Virus record (IMG/VR): IMGVR_UViG_3300045988_093262
Reading direction: 5' to 3' (one strand)
Origin: a virus
Length of the DNA stretch: 31,869 nucleotides
How positions within the stretch are numbered: position 1 is the first letter of the stretch; each line of letters opens with the position of its first letter. A program made the position numbers and the translations under genes. Below, piece by piece: positions 23,286 to 31,869 of this stretch. The notes beneath the pieces were generated by a model that saw only the letters and a program-made list of their open reading frames with translations, was not told the DNA's origin and made no database searches.

Positions 23286-23582
23286 CTAGTTCTCTGGCAC
23301 CCCGTGGGGCGTGTCGTACTGCTCGTGCATGACCTCGTAGGCCCTGTCCACGACCTCCTCGTAGTCGGTGGCGTACAGGACGGACACGGCCTCTGCTATC
23401 GCCATGGCCTCGGTGAAGCGCCTGTCCGCGCACTCCCTGAGGTTGTCGGCCAGATGCGTCTGGCACATGTCGATTCTCTTGACAACCTCGCGTTCGGCCT
23501 CTCGCTTCCACCAGAGCTTGTCGGCAATCAGGGCGATTGCGTCTGCGTAGGTGGCGGTGCTGGTTCTCGTCTGCTCGCTCAT
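23286..23582 (-). CDS. Hypothetical protein (paralog B)
   Basis: 98 aa. ...TYADAIALIADKLWWKR... is similar to the adjacent gene. Confidence 0.4.
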   Translation of the reverse strand: MSEQTRTSTATYADAIALIADKLWWKREAEREVVKRIDMCQTHLADNLRECADRRFTEAMAIAEAVSVLYATDYEEVVDRAYEVMHEQYDTPHGVPEN

Positions 23583-23591
23583 TTCTTCCTC

Positions 23592-23765
23592 CTAAAGGGC
23601 GTTGGACTCGATGATGTATGAGAAGGCGTCCGGGTCGATGTCGTCGATGGTGGTGGCATCGGGGTTCTCCTCGCGGATGGCCTCCATGATGGCGTCGACG
23701 TCAAACTCACACTCCCAGCCGCTCAGGTAGTCCAGAACCTCGCCCTCGACCCTGCTGTACTCCAT
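23592..23765 (-). CDS. Hypothetical acidic protein
   Basis: An internal Met (MEYSRVEGEVLDYL...) follows promoter cassette copy 5. Confidence 0.35.
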   Translation of the reverse strand: MEYSRVEGEVLDYLSGWECEFDVDAIMEAIREENPDATTIDDIDPDAFSYIIESNAL

Positions 23766-23785
23766 TGTCTGCTCCTCTCGGTTTT

Positions 23786-23850
23786 GGGAGGCCCCTTGCT
23801 CCCCCCTTGTTGACTCATATATTACCACCGTTGTTATTTTTTAACAACCG
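23786..23850 (-). promoter_or_regulatory. Conserved promoter cassette, copy 5
   Basis: TTCTCGG, then TTGTTA, a 17-nt spacer, then TGGTAATAT. A hairpin GGGAG..CTCCC and a GAGAGGAG ribosome binding site follow, then ATG 23765. The palindrome GTTGTTATTTTTTAACAAC overlaps the -35 region. Confidence 0.55.
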
Positions 23851-23856
23851 AGAAGC

Positions 23857-23889
23857 ACAAAAAAGTGCGGACGTTTTGAGGCACGTCCG
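23857..23889 (-). terminator. Rho-independent terminator downstream of the lysis cassette
   Basis: A 7-bp perfect stem GCGGACG/CGTCCGC followed by ACUUUUUU on the minus strand. Confidence 0.65.
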
Positions 23890-23945
23890 CTGAGCCTTGC
23901 GCCGGAGAGGAGGAATACAGCGCTGGGGCTATTGTACCACTCCGG

Positions 23946-24830
23946 CTAGAAGACGCCGGCGTTGATTGCGCGCTGTACGGCGGTGGTGGTGTAGTCGCCC
24001 CAAGAGCCGTCAACCTCGCAGGCGTGGCGCTTGCCGTCGTCACCCCAGTACCAGTAGCAACCGACGTTGAGGAGGTGCTGCTGGATGGCGCAGGTGGCAT
24101 AGTATCCGAAGTCCTCGTCACAATTGCGCTGGTAGGTGCCGCAGACATACCTCAGGTACTTCATCAGCCAGAACTTGGTCTCTCCGCCAAACACGCCGTC
24201 GCAAATCAGGCGGACGCCGGTCTTGTGGCTCCTCAGGTAGAGGCCGGCCCTCTGGAGGCGCATTTGGACGTACTTCCAAGAGAGCGGACCCATGTAGTTG
24301 TCATACGCGAGGATGGTCTCGGCGGGGTCGAGGAAGCCGCCCTGCTCCTCGGGGGCCTCGGGGGAGCTTTCCTCGGAACCACCATCGGGGATTGCCGCGA
24401 ACATGACGTACTTCCAAGCTCTGGTGCGCCTCTGTACCTTGCCGCCGCCCACGTTGCCCTCGATGGTCTGGACGTATCCGCCGCAATTCGCCTCGCAGAT
24501 GCACGTATGGTCGAGGTCGTCGGGATTGGAGGTCCAAGAGAAGAGGAGGACGTCGCCGGGCTGTGCGTCCCGGACGTTGCCCCTCAGCCTGCCGGCCTTC
24601 TCCGCGGCCCTCCTGATGGCGGTGGTGGAGGCTGCGGGGAGACCAGCGCAGGACTGGCCGGCCTGAGCGAAGCACCAGCTGGTGAACATTGCGCAGTAAG
24701 GGACCCCGGTGCTCCCGAAGTAGGAGCCGTGGTCCTCGGCGTACCAGCGGCCATACTTGGTTCCCTGCTCGGGGTCGGCGAAGCGGTCGTATCCCAGCTC
24801 GCCGCGTGCCACGTCAAGAACGCTAGGCAT
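23946..24830 (-). CDS. Endolysin with a CHAP amidase/peptidase domain
   Basis: GVPYCAMFTSWCF...NVRDAQPGDVLLFSW...DHTCICEANCGGYVQTIEGN gives the CHAP Cys/His pattern. Start placed at MPSVLDV (24830) rather than at the ORF start 24914. Confidence 0.7.
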   Translation of the reverse strand: MPSVLDVARGELGYDRFADPEQGTKYGRWYAEDHGSYFGSTGVPYCAMFTSWCFAQAGQSCAGLPAASTTAIRRAAEKAGRLRGNVRDAQPGDVLLFSWTSNPDDLDHTCICEANCGGYVQTIEGNVGGGKVQRRTRAWKYVMFAAIPDGGSEESSPEAPEEQGGFLDPAETILAYDNYMGPLSWKYVQMRLQRAGLYLRSHKTGVRLICDGVFGGETKFWLMKYLRYVCGTYQRNCDEDFGYYATCAIQQHLLNVGCYWYWGDDGKRHACEVDGSWGDYTTTAVQRAINAGVF

Positions 24831-24921
24831 CCTCCACCTCCTCGGGGTCGAACGGGACAGCAACGTCCTCGGGGTCGCAGGTGTCCTGAGCCTCGACCTC
24901 CAAGCGCTCGTCATCGGTCAT
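24826..24921 (-). CDS. Possible 31-aa acidic ORF between the holin and the lysin
   Basis: MTDDERLEVEAQDTCDPEDVAVPFDPEEVEDA lies below the ORF-track cutoff. It overlaps the lysin ATG by 4 nt. Confidence 0.2.
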
Positions 24922-24923
24922 GT

Positions 24924-25292
24924 CTAGGCCTCCTTGGTCTTGGTGTTCTCGAAAATCTTGCCCAGCGGGCTGTCCTTCAGCTCGGGAGAGGCAGAGACGA
25001 CGTTCTCCCAGATGCTCGTGACCTCCATGAGGATGATTACGATGGAAATGCCCACAACGGTCACGCCGGACATGGCGTCCATGCCCTCGACGTGCTGGCA
25101 CACCACCTCGATGACGAAGGCCAGAAGCTCGATGCACAGCAGAAGCGCCTTGTGCCCAAGCCCCTCGCGCATCCTGTTCGAGGAGACTTCGCGCTTGATT
25201 ACCGCGGCGACGTAACCCGTCAGGACGTCGATCCCCATGCACGCCACCGCGCCCAGAAAGGCGTAGGCCATGCTCTCGGATACATGAATCAT
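24924..25292 (-). CDS. Holin (phage_holin_4_1/TcdE-like)
   Basis: An internal Met (MIHVSESMAYAFLGAV...) defines the gene. It has three to four transmembrane segments and a C-terminal LMEVTSIWENVVSASPELKDSPLGKIFE that matches the family. Confidence 0.7.
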   Translation of the reverse strand: MIHVSESMAYAFLGAVACMGIDVLTGYVAAVIKREVSSNRMREGLGHKALLLCIELLAFVIEVVCQHVEGMDAMSGVTVVGISIVIILMEVTSIWENVVSASPELKDSPLGKIFENTKTKEA

Positions 25293-25329
25293 GTTTTTCC
25301 CTTCTGCGCCGAACCCCACGCAAATGATA

Positions 25330-26004
25330 CTAGTTCGTTGGCATGGTCCACCAGTTGGACCAGCCCTGACGGTTGATGTTTCGTCTCCACTTGGGGTCGC
25401 CGGCTGTCGGAAACGCGAGCTGAAACTTCCAATCTGCATTTGCTTGCCCGTCCACCTCGCTCCAGAGCACTAGGCAGACGCCCCATTCAGACGGACTGCT
25501 GGCTGTGTCCGTGTTGTACATCCAGACACCGGGCGTCGCAGTGTTCAGGTCTGCCGAAATCCTGTCGCACACGAAGAGCATATTCGTCAGGTCCGCCTTG
25601 TCCGCGGACAGCAGCCCGTCCTCAACTCCAAGGCCGTAACCGACCTGCATGATGCCCCTTTGCGAGGTGGACCCGACAGGCAGGTTGTCGGCTGAGATTG
25701 TCCCCTCGATTGAGTCGGCTGGAGTGGCAACCTTGTCGCTCGTGGCTATCACGTCGACGCAGGTCATGAGCGGGCCGGCCTTCAGTACGATTACCCTATC
25801 CCCAACGCTGGCCGTCATGCACGACACGGTGGCCTTGACCTGCTGGATTGTCACGCCGTCGACAGCCACGTCAAGCGTGCCGTTCTCGTTCTTGGCCCTG
25901 ATGGTCCCGTAGAGCCACCAATAGTGGCTGCTCGGTTGGGCCTTGATGTCGGCGACCTCACCTGCCGCATACCTGAAGGCGTCCTCCAGATTTGCCATTA
26001 CCAC
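25330..26004 (-). CDS. Tail fibre or receptor-binding protein (putative)
   Basis: 224-aa ORF downstream of the Tal-like gene, the last structural gene before the lysis cassette. Assignment is by position. Confidence 0.4.
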   Translation of the reverse strand: MVMANLEDAFRYAAGEVADIKAQPSSHYWWLYGTIRAKNENGTLDVAVDGVTIQQVKATVSCMTASVGDRVIVLKAGPLMTCVDVIATSDKVATPADSIEGTISADNLPVGSTSQRGIMQVGYGLGVEDGLLSADKADLTNMLFVCDRISADLNTATPGVWMYNTDTASSPSEWGVCLVLWSEVDGQANADWKFQLAFPTAGDPKWRRNINRQGWSNWWTMPTN

Positions 26005-27071
26005 CGCTCCGTTCTCTTGAGTTCCGTCTTGGTCTTGGCAGCACCTCCGAGGGTGACGCTCTGGGTCCTCACTGTGAAGGCCCCGGAGATTCCCGCGCTC
26101 GGGTACTCCAAGCCAGCTATGTCCCCAGCCCTCAGGGTGGGGGCATACACGTGCTGAATCGTCACCCTGCGGATGACTGACCGCTGGTTTGCCAGAAGCT
26201 TCCTAGCCTTCGCGTCCGCTTCCTCTTGGGTCACTAGGTCGTTATAGCGGTACTTCGCAGACCTCTCCCAGCCGAGGTTTACGGTGCTCGTGGGGGACTC
26301 CGGGTCGTCGTCTCGGGCGCTGCCAATCACGGTCGTGTCCTGATTCGAGTACACGGCAAGCACGACGTTTGCCACGTCCGAGAGGTCCCTCTCGTTGGTA
26401 ACCTGCCTCAGGAAGCGGGCGTTCCTGCCCTCCTCGAACACGTAGGACGGCTGACGCTCCGAGGGGCTGTAGTACCTCCGGAGGAGGACCCTCCCGTACT
26501 CGTCCGTCCTCGCCTGGGAGAACCCGGCAAGCCCTAGAAGCTCGTTGACGGCCCCCAGCATGGTGTCGTTGTCGTCATTGGAGGAGCCGAGGCCGACCGC
26601 CCAGTCCTGCGAGAGTGTGTAGCCAGACTCGTCGGCGATTACCTCAAGGCCGGCGTCCTCCAGAATCATTCTTGCCACGTCGACGGCGTTTGACCCCTTG
26701 GCAATCCTCAGAGGCTCGGTGAAGCGGGCTGAGGCGACCTCGTAGAGCCTGCCATACATGTCTGCCTTGCCCTCGGAGTAGGCCCCGGACACGTCCGAGG
26801 ACGGCAGGGAGACCACGAAGGTCCCGAGGGGAACGCTCTCCCTAGTGCCGTCCTCGAATGTCGCGTCCAGATACGGCCTCACTAGGTCGTTGCCGAGGTC
26901 GAGCGGCCCGACATAGGAGAAGGAGCCGCTTTCGTAGCTCGTCGTGTCTACGTTGCGGGTGATGGACCCGCCGTCCTTGATGCCCTCGACGTTTCCCACC
27001 TCGTAGCCCGTCTCCCGCGAGACCCTTGCGAAGTGGTAGCCCGCTGTGAAGGGTCTTAGCCAATCAGCCAC
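25998..27071 (-). CDS. Tal-like baseplate hub protein (N-terminal structural domain only)
   Basis: 357-aa ORF in the Tal position, after TMP and Dit. The size is consistent with an N-terminal gp27-like domain. Confidence 0.45.
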   Translation of the reverse strand: MADWLRPFTAGYHFARVSRETGYEVGNVEGIKDGGSITRNVDTTSYESGSFSYVGPLDLGNDLVRPYLDATFEDGTRESVPLGTFVVSLPSSDVSGAYSEGKADMYGRLYEVASARFTEPLRIAKGSNAVDVARMILEDAGLEVIADESGYTLSQDWAVGLGSSNDDNDTMLGAVNELLGLAGFSQARTDEYGRVLLRRYYSPSERQPSYVFEEGRNARFLRQVTNERDLSDVANVVLAVYSNQDTTVIGSARDDDPESPTSTVNLGWERSAKYRYNDLVTQEEADAKARKLLANQRSVIRRVTIQHVYAPTLRAGDIAGLEYPSAGISGAFTVRTQSVTLGGAAKTKTELKRTERW

Positions 27072-29532
27072 GCGTCGGCTCCCTCCAAGCGACTCTCTGG
27101 AATTTCAGGCTCCACTCGTAGACCTCCTTGTTCTTTTCGCTGGCGCTCAGGGTCGCATAAGCCCTGAAAACCTGACCCCATCGGTAGCGAATCCAGATTA
27201 CCGGCTGTCTAACTATTCTCCTTGCGGCCTCGAACTCCCCCCTTGTGAGCGTGGCGAATGAGAACGTGCCGGATTGAGTCAGGTTGTCCAGCGGGTAGGC
27301 CACTGGGAGGCCCCCGGTCTCTCCACCGTCAGCGAAGAACATGACCTCGGCGTCGTAGGAGATTGAGCGGTTCTCACTGAGGTTGCGTGTGAAGACCTCG
27401 CACTGTCCAGCGTCGTCCCCCCAGTTGACGACGAGCGCATCCGCCTCGATTAGGCACTCGACCTCGTTTGTTCCCGTCACACCGTAGTCCGTGTAAGAGG
27501 TGGCGCGGTACCTGAAGGAAGTCCCGAGGGGCGGGAGCCTGTCTACGATTACCGAGTTGTCTCCCGCAGAGGATGCGAGCAGCGTCTCGTTGCCGTCCCC
27601 GTCAAATCTCATGAGCGACACATAGGACGTTGCGGGCGCTCCCTCCTCGGTGCCGAACCTCACTGTGACGTGCGCGGCAAGGTCGTCGTCGTGGTACCAG
27701 CTCAGAATCGGTGCGGCGGGAGCCGTCCACCTGGTCTTGAAGGTGCGGGTCGCTGTCGCGGAGAAGGAGGAGCCGGCAGTGACGGTGAGCCTCAGGGAGT
27801 AGGTCGTGCCGTTTGCGAGCTGGTAGTCCCTCACGCCAATGCTTGCCGACCTTGCGGTCGAGGCAGGCTTGGTGGAATACAGGACCTCGCCGCTCGAGCT
27901 CAGAAGCTCCAAGAGCTGGCTCTGGATGCCCGTCGAGTCGTCTGCGCCCCACGTGACGCCCAGCGGAAGGCGGTCGATAGTCTCGCCCTCGGTCGCGGGG
28001 CTGGTGATTGAGGCGTTCGGTGCTGCGAACACCTCAAAGGTCGAATAGCTGGACCACTCTCCCCAGCCATCATAGAGGCCGTGGGTCCTGACCCTAACCT
28101 TATAAATGCCAGCGGATAGCTTCTTGATTGTGTAGGTGGTGACGGAACCCTTGACGTCGGAGTAATACTCAACTCCGTCCGGGGCGACCGCCCCTATCTG
28201 CGCCTGAGTCTGGGCGGAGCCGTCGGGGTGGTTGGGATTCCAACCGAACGGCGCGCTTCCCCCAACGAGATAGCGGCTTGAAAGCCCCGTGATGGTCGGA
28301 GCCAGTGGCTTTGCGACCGTGGTGATGGAGTTGGAAACGGCCCACTCGGAGGTCAGATTTCCCTTCTTGGCGCGGACCCTGAAGGTGTTGCTGCCCGCCG
28401 AGGTTGCCACGGTGGCGGGAAGGCAGGTGACCGTTGTGGAGCTGCCCCAGTCGCCCGTGGTCTTTCTCTGAATCTCGTATGAGTCGGCGTACTTGGGCTT
28501 TCCGGCGGCGTCGATGGTGGCCGTGGTCTCCGATGCCGCCGATGCCGTCACACCAGACGGTGCGCTCGGGGTCGTGTATACGGTTCCGGCGGTCGCTGCC
28601 TCCGAGGTGCCAGACGGGTTCTTGCCCCTCACCTGATATGCGTAGGCATGGCCCGCGGTTGTGGAGACATCAGACCAGCTGGTGCCGTCGGTGTCGCCGC
28701 TGTAGACTGAGACCCAAGAGCCGCCGTCCGTCTGCCTCTCGACAGACACGCCGGTCCAGCAGTTGTCAGCGTTGCTGCCCCTCACCCAAGAAACGGTCTG
28801 TGAAGTGTCGGACACACGGATGACGGAAGCGCTCTTGGGGGCCGTCGGGGTCGTGTAGACTGTGCCGCAGACGGCGTTTCCGGACTCTCCGGTCGGGTTG
28901 TAGGAGCGGACCATGTACTCGTACTTGTGGCCCGCAGCAGTGGTCTCGTCTGTGTACCCAACCTTGTCCCAGCTGAGTTGCGCAATGCTAACCCAAGAGC
29001 CGCCGTCAACGCTCCGGTAGACGTTCAATCCCGTCCATGGATAGGCGTCATTCGAACCGGTGTAGTTTGCCGCCCAAGCAAGCGTCATGGAAGAGTCGGA
29101 GTTCCTGACGACCGAGGGGCTGAGCGGGGCCTTCGGGTACTCGTAGTCACGGGCGGGAATGGTGATGTTGACGCCGGCTCGACTGCCCGTCACGTAGTCA
29201 GAGCGCGAGGAACCCGGAGAGCTGAACCAGTGCTGGATGTAGATTGAGCGGTCGCGTCCGTAGAAGCGCGTCCACCAGTCGTTGGCACTGGAGTTGGCCA
29301 CAGTCTGCCCGTAGCCCAAGGCGCTAGGGTAGACGTTCGCCATGTTCGTGAAGTTGGAGCCGTCTTCCGTGTACTCAAGAACGGACTTGCCGTAGTTGAT
29401 GACCGCCTGACCAGACTGGGAGCGACCGGTCAGGTAGACGTAAACCTTGTCCGCCGCTACGCTGGTCGAGTAGTCGAGGATGGCTCTGAAGTTGTATTCA
29501 TTCGTGACCCAAGGGCCGTATACGGTAGCCAC
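27064..29532 (-). CDS. Large tail protein with three fibronectin type III repeats; probable evolved distal tail protein (Dit-like)
   Basis: 822 aa immediately after the tape measure gene. Three repeats of about 90 aa fit the FN3 pattern, for example PSVVRNSDSSMTLAW...YEYMVRSYN and PKSASVIRVSDTSQTVSW...YAYQVRGKN. Confidence 0.5.
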   Translation of the reverse strand: MATVYGPWVTNEYNFRAILDYSTSVAADKVYVYLTGRSQSGQAVINYGKSVLEYTEDGSNFTNMANVYPSALGYGQTVANSSANDWWTRFYGRDRSIYIQHWFSSPGSSRSDYVTGSRAGVNITIPARDYEYPKAPLSPSVVRNSDSSMTLAWAANYTGSNDAYPWTGLNVYRSVDGGSWVSIAQLSWDKVGYTDETTAAGHKYEYMVRSYNPTGESGNAVCGTVYTTPTAPKSASVIRVSDTSQTVSWVRGSNADNCWTGVSVERQTDGGSWVSVYSGDTDGTSWSDVSTTAGHAYAYQVRGKNPSGTSEAATAGTVYTTPSAPSGVTASAASETTATIDAAGKPKYADSYEIQRKTTGDWGSSTTVTCLPATVATSAGSNTFRVRAKKGNLTSEWAVSNSITTVAKPLAPTITGLSSRYLVGGSAPFGWNPNHPDGSAQTQAQIGAVAPDGVEYYSDVKGSVTTYTIKKLSAGIYKVRVRTHGLYDGWGEWSSYSTFEVFAAPNASITSPATEGETIDRLPLGVTWGADDSTGIQSQLLELLSSSGEVLYSTKPASTARSASIGVRDYQLANGTTYSLRLTVTAGSSFSATATRTFKTRWTAPAAPILSWYHDDDLAAHVTVRFGTEEGAPATSYVSLMRFDGDGNETLLASSAGDNSVIVDRLPPLGTSFRYRATSYTDYGVTGTNEVECLIEADALVVNWGDDAGQCEVFTRNLSENRSISYDAEVMFFADGGETGGLPVAYPLDNLTQSGTFSFATLTRGEFEAARRIVRQPVIWIRYRWGQVFRAYATLSASEKNKEVYEWSLKFQRVAWREPTRG

Positions 29533-29541
29533 AAGACCCCC

Positions 29542-31824
29542 TTAGACGCTTGCCGCACGCCTGATTTGGCGCGCGAACTCCTGCACGGCCTCTGCCATGT
29601 CCCCGTCGGTGGAGACGCTGAGGCCGTCTACGTAGAGATTGTAGGTGACCCCTCCAGAGGCTTCCATAGCCGCGCTCTTGTAGGCGCTGGTGTCGTAGTC
29701 CATCGGGGAGACTGTTGCGCTCAGGACAGGCTCTCCGAAAGCGTCGGCCAGCTGTCCGGCCATCGAGGAGACGTAGCCCATGACAGGCTCGAAGCCGCTG
29801 CGAAGGCCCGTGTCGAGGGACTGCATGACCGCAAGGCCGTTCTTGACGAGCAGCTTGCGGTCGTAGGGTAGAGGACCCTTGTGCTGGACAATCCAGTCGC
29901 CGATTCCGCCGACGAAGCTCTTCACGTCTTCGAACTTCTGCTTGAGGCCACTCAGGAAACCACTGATGATGGAGGAGCCGGCGTTCCATAGCAGTCTGCC
30001 GACGTTGCCGATTGCTCTGAGGATGTTTCCGGGCAGGTTTCGCACGAACCTGAGGACACCCTCGATGCCGTTGGAAACGCCCGTCTTGATGTTCTCCCAA
30101 GCACCTACGATGAAGGAGGCGACGCCCGTCCACGTGTTGTGCCAAATCGTCTTAATGTTAAACAGGACGCTCTTGATGGTGTTGGAGACGAAGCTGATGG
30201 CTCCAGAGACGGCACCCTTGATGGAGTTCCAGACCGTTTCGGCGATTCCGAGGATGCCGTTCCAGACGCCGGACCAGTCTCCGTTGACGGCAGCGAGTAC
30301 CACGGAAATAACCTGCTGAATCACGGACATGACGGTCTGGATGACCGAGGAGATTACCCCGAAGACGGTCTCGGTTACGCTCTGGATTACCGGGAAGACG
30401 GCATTCCAGATTTCCTGAATGAGCGGGAGGGCCGTGGAAACGGTCTCGACGATGGAGGTTATTGCGGGCATGGCGGCCTCAAGGATTGACCCTGCTAGGC
30501 TGACAACGTCCCCGACAATCTGCACGATGAGCGGGACGGCGGCTTGGATGAGGTCGTTGACAGACTGCCAGACGGGGAGGAAGGCGTCGAGCGCGGGTTG
30601 CAGAACGTCAGTGATTGAGGACCCCGTGCCGCTGAACGCCTCGGAGAGCGCCTGCATCACAACGGAAGCCGTGTCGATTGCTGGTTGCAGGTACTCGGAG
30701 AACGTGCCGGACAGGCTGGAGGCCGCCTCGATGATTGAGTCAAGCATCTGGACAACCGGGTTGTCCTCGCCAAGCGACGCCCTGAGGGATTCCATTGCGG
30801 TCGTTCCGATGGTGCCCATTGCCTCGGAGAAAACAGGGCCAATTCCGGTGAGCATCGATGGAAGCTCACCGATGAGGGTGCCGACAATCTCGCCAACTCT
30901 GGGAACGATGTTGGACGCGGCTATAACAGCCGAGTCAACAAGCTGCCCGGTGAGGGCCGATATGTCTGCCGTGTCGCTTCCGAGTCCGACCAGCCAGTTG
31001 TCCCACGCCGCCTTCATGGATGAGACGGAACCCTCGATGGTGGTGGAAGCCTCTCGGGCCGTGGTGCCGCCAATCTGCATGCTTTCTTGCATGACGTGTA
31101 TGGCCGCTACGATGTTGTCGAAGCTCATGGACGAGGAGTCGACCGTGACTCCCAGCTTCTGCTGGACGTCAGTCATCTCGGAGGCGTCAGCAATCAGCCG
31201 CTGCATCTCCTGCTGCGTGCCGCCGTAGCCAAGCTTCAAGTTGTCAAGCATCGTATAGTTCTGCTTGGCGAAGCCCTGATATGCGTTCTGAATGTCTCCG
31301 ATGGCGGTTCCGAAGGTGTTGGCGTTGTCGGACATATCCGTCATTGCAATGTCTGCATAATCGGCAGCCTTCACCGTGTCTCCTCCGAGGGAGGAAATCA
31401 GGGCCGCGGAGAAGCTGGTTACTTGCTCCATGTAGGCGTTGGCAGACAGACCAGCCGTCTTGTAGGCGTTCTGGGCGTTTGCGAGGACCTTGTTCTGGGA
31501 GTCCTCCAGCGTCTGCCATTTGTCGCCAATCTCTGCCGTGCTCTGGCCGGTGAGGGCGGCGTATTCCTCGACGCTCTTGCCCATGTTGCCGAAGAGCTTC
31601 TGAATGCCGCCGACATTCTGCTCGTAGGAGGAATAGGCGTCGAGGGCCTGCTTGGCTATGACTCCGGTGGCACCAACGGCAGCCGAACCGACAGCCGCGA
31701 AGGCAGCGGCTCCAACCTTGGCGATTCCACCGACGGTGCCGGTGATGCCGGACGCGATTGAGCCAATCCTCCCAGATGCTTGGTCGTCCACTCCAATCTT
31801 GACCATGAGGTCCAGAAGATTCAT
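29542..31824 (-). CDS. Tape measure protein
   Basis: 760 aa. Low-complexity A/G/S/T-rich N-terminus and a long helical body. Follows G/GT across the window junction. Its start codon is duplicated at window position 96. Confidence 0.85.
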   Translation of the reverse strand: MNLLDLMVKIGVDDQASGRIGSIASGITGTVGGIAKVGAAAFAAVGSAAVGATGVIAKQALDAYSSYEQNVGGIQKLFGNMGKSVEEYAALTGQSTAEIGDKWQTLEDSQNKVLANAQNAYKTAGLSANAYMEQVTSFSAALISSLGGDTVKAADYADIAMTDMSDNANTFGTAIGDIQNAYQGFAKQNYTMLDNLKLGYGGTQQEMQRLIADASEMTDVQQKLGVTVDSSSMSFDNIVAAIHVMQESMQIGGTTAREASTTIEGSVSSMKAAWDNWLVGLGSDTADISALTGQLVDSAVIAASNIVPRVGEIVGTLIGELPSMLTGIGPVFSEAMGTIGTTAMESLRASLGEDNPVVQMLDSIIEAASSLSGTFSEYLQPAIDTASVVMQALSEAFSGTGSSITDVLQPALDAFLPVWQSVNDLIQAAVPLIVQIVGDVVSLAGSILEAAMPAITSIVETVSTALPLIQEIWNAVFPVIQSVTETVFGVISSVIQTVMSVIQQVISVVLAAVNGDWSGVWNGILGIAETVWNSIKGAVSGAISFVSNTIKSVLFNIKTIWHNTWTGVASFIVGAWENIKTGVSNGIEGVLRFVRNLPGNILRAIGNVGRLLWNAGSSIISGFLSGLKQKFEDVKSFVGGIGDWIVQHKGPLPYDRKLLVKNGLAVMQSLDTGLRSGFEPVMGYVSSMAGQLADAFGEPVLSATVSPMDYDTSAYKSAAMEASGGVTYNLYVDGLSVSTDGDMAEAVQEFARQIRRAASV

Positions 31825-31869
31825 CTAGACCAGCTCCAATCCAGCCGCCTTGATAACGTCGGCGGCAAT

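Noticed and set aside
24823-25323. 166-aa ORF overlapping the holin gene in another frame
   Set aside because: Arg-rich composition with no motifs. It is wholly embedded in the well-supported holin frame.
1-31869. CRISPR arrays, integrase or attP, and transposases
   Set aside because: The sequence was scanned for regularly spaced repeats and for recombinase motifs. The only tandem repeats are the 11-bp array at 16031-16078 and a 2-copy 12-mer at 19549-19572. No integrase-like or transposase-like ORF is present.

Overview
The window is a complete, circularly closed genome of a high-GC siphovirus-like dsDNA phage; positions 1-141 are an exact copy of 31729-31869, which gives a unit length of 31,728 bp. 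Every credible gene lies on the minus strand, so transcription runs from high to low coordinates and wraps around the window ends.

Gene order, read in transcription direction:
- Early and middle region, 23.8 to 13.3 kb:
  - Replication, recombination and regulator genes: two XRE-type HTH proteins, a RusA resolvase, a replisome organizer with an internal AT-rich ori-like region, a DnaC-like helicase loader, a Myb/SANT-like repeat protein, dUTPase, DUF3310, an HNH endonuclease, a Rad52-like annealing protein, tRNA-Arg(CCU) and SSB.
  - Many small ORFs.
  - Five copies of a conserved promoter cassette sit in front of gene starts.
  - Several rho-independent terminators separate the transcription units.
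- Modification operon, 13.3 to 9.7 kb: an ADP-ribosylglycohydrolase, a ParB-like protein, a TGT-superfamily DpdA-like DNA transglycosylase, and a YhhQ preQ0/preQ1 transporter.
- Packaging and head, 9.7 kb to 2.0 kb: TerS, TerL, portal, a MuF-family minor capsid protein, a scaffold protein, an HK97-fold major capsid protein and connector proteins.
- Tail, 2.0 kb round the window ends to 25.3 kb: major tail protein, the G/GT chaperone with a clear -1 slippery site, a 760-aa tape measure protein, an FN3-decorated Dit-like protein, a Tal-like hub and a fibre.
- Lysis: a holin and a CHAP endolysin.

The most interesting signals:
- The MuF protein carries a C-terminal C3/VIP2-like arginine-type ADP-ribosyltransferase toxin domain, and a separately encoded DraG-like ADP-ribosylglycohydrolase is a candidate antidote or reversal enzyme.
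- A dpdA/yhhQ (plus ParB-like) 7-deazaguanine DNA-modification module.
- A five-copy conserved promoter/leader cassette.
- 11-bp phased tandem repeats next to nested palindromes.
- A promoter-leader-terminator unit in front of the replication genes.
- An SSB C-terminal-tail mimic (DEDIPF) on the replisome organizer.

No integrase or CRISPR array was found.
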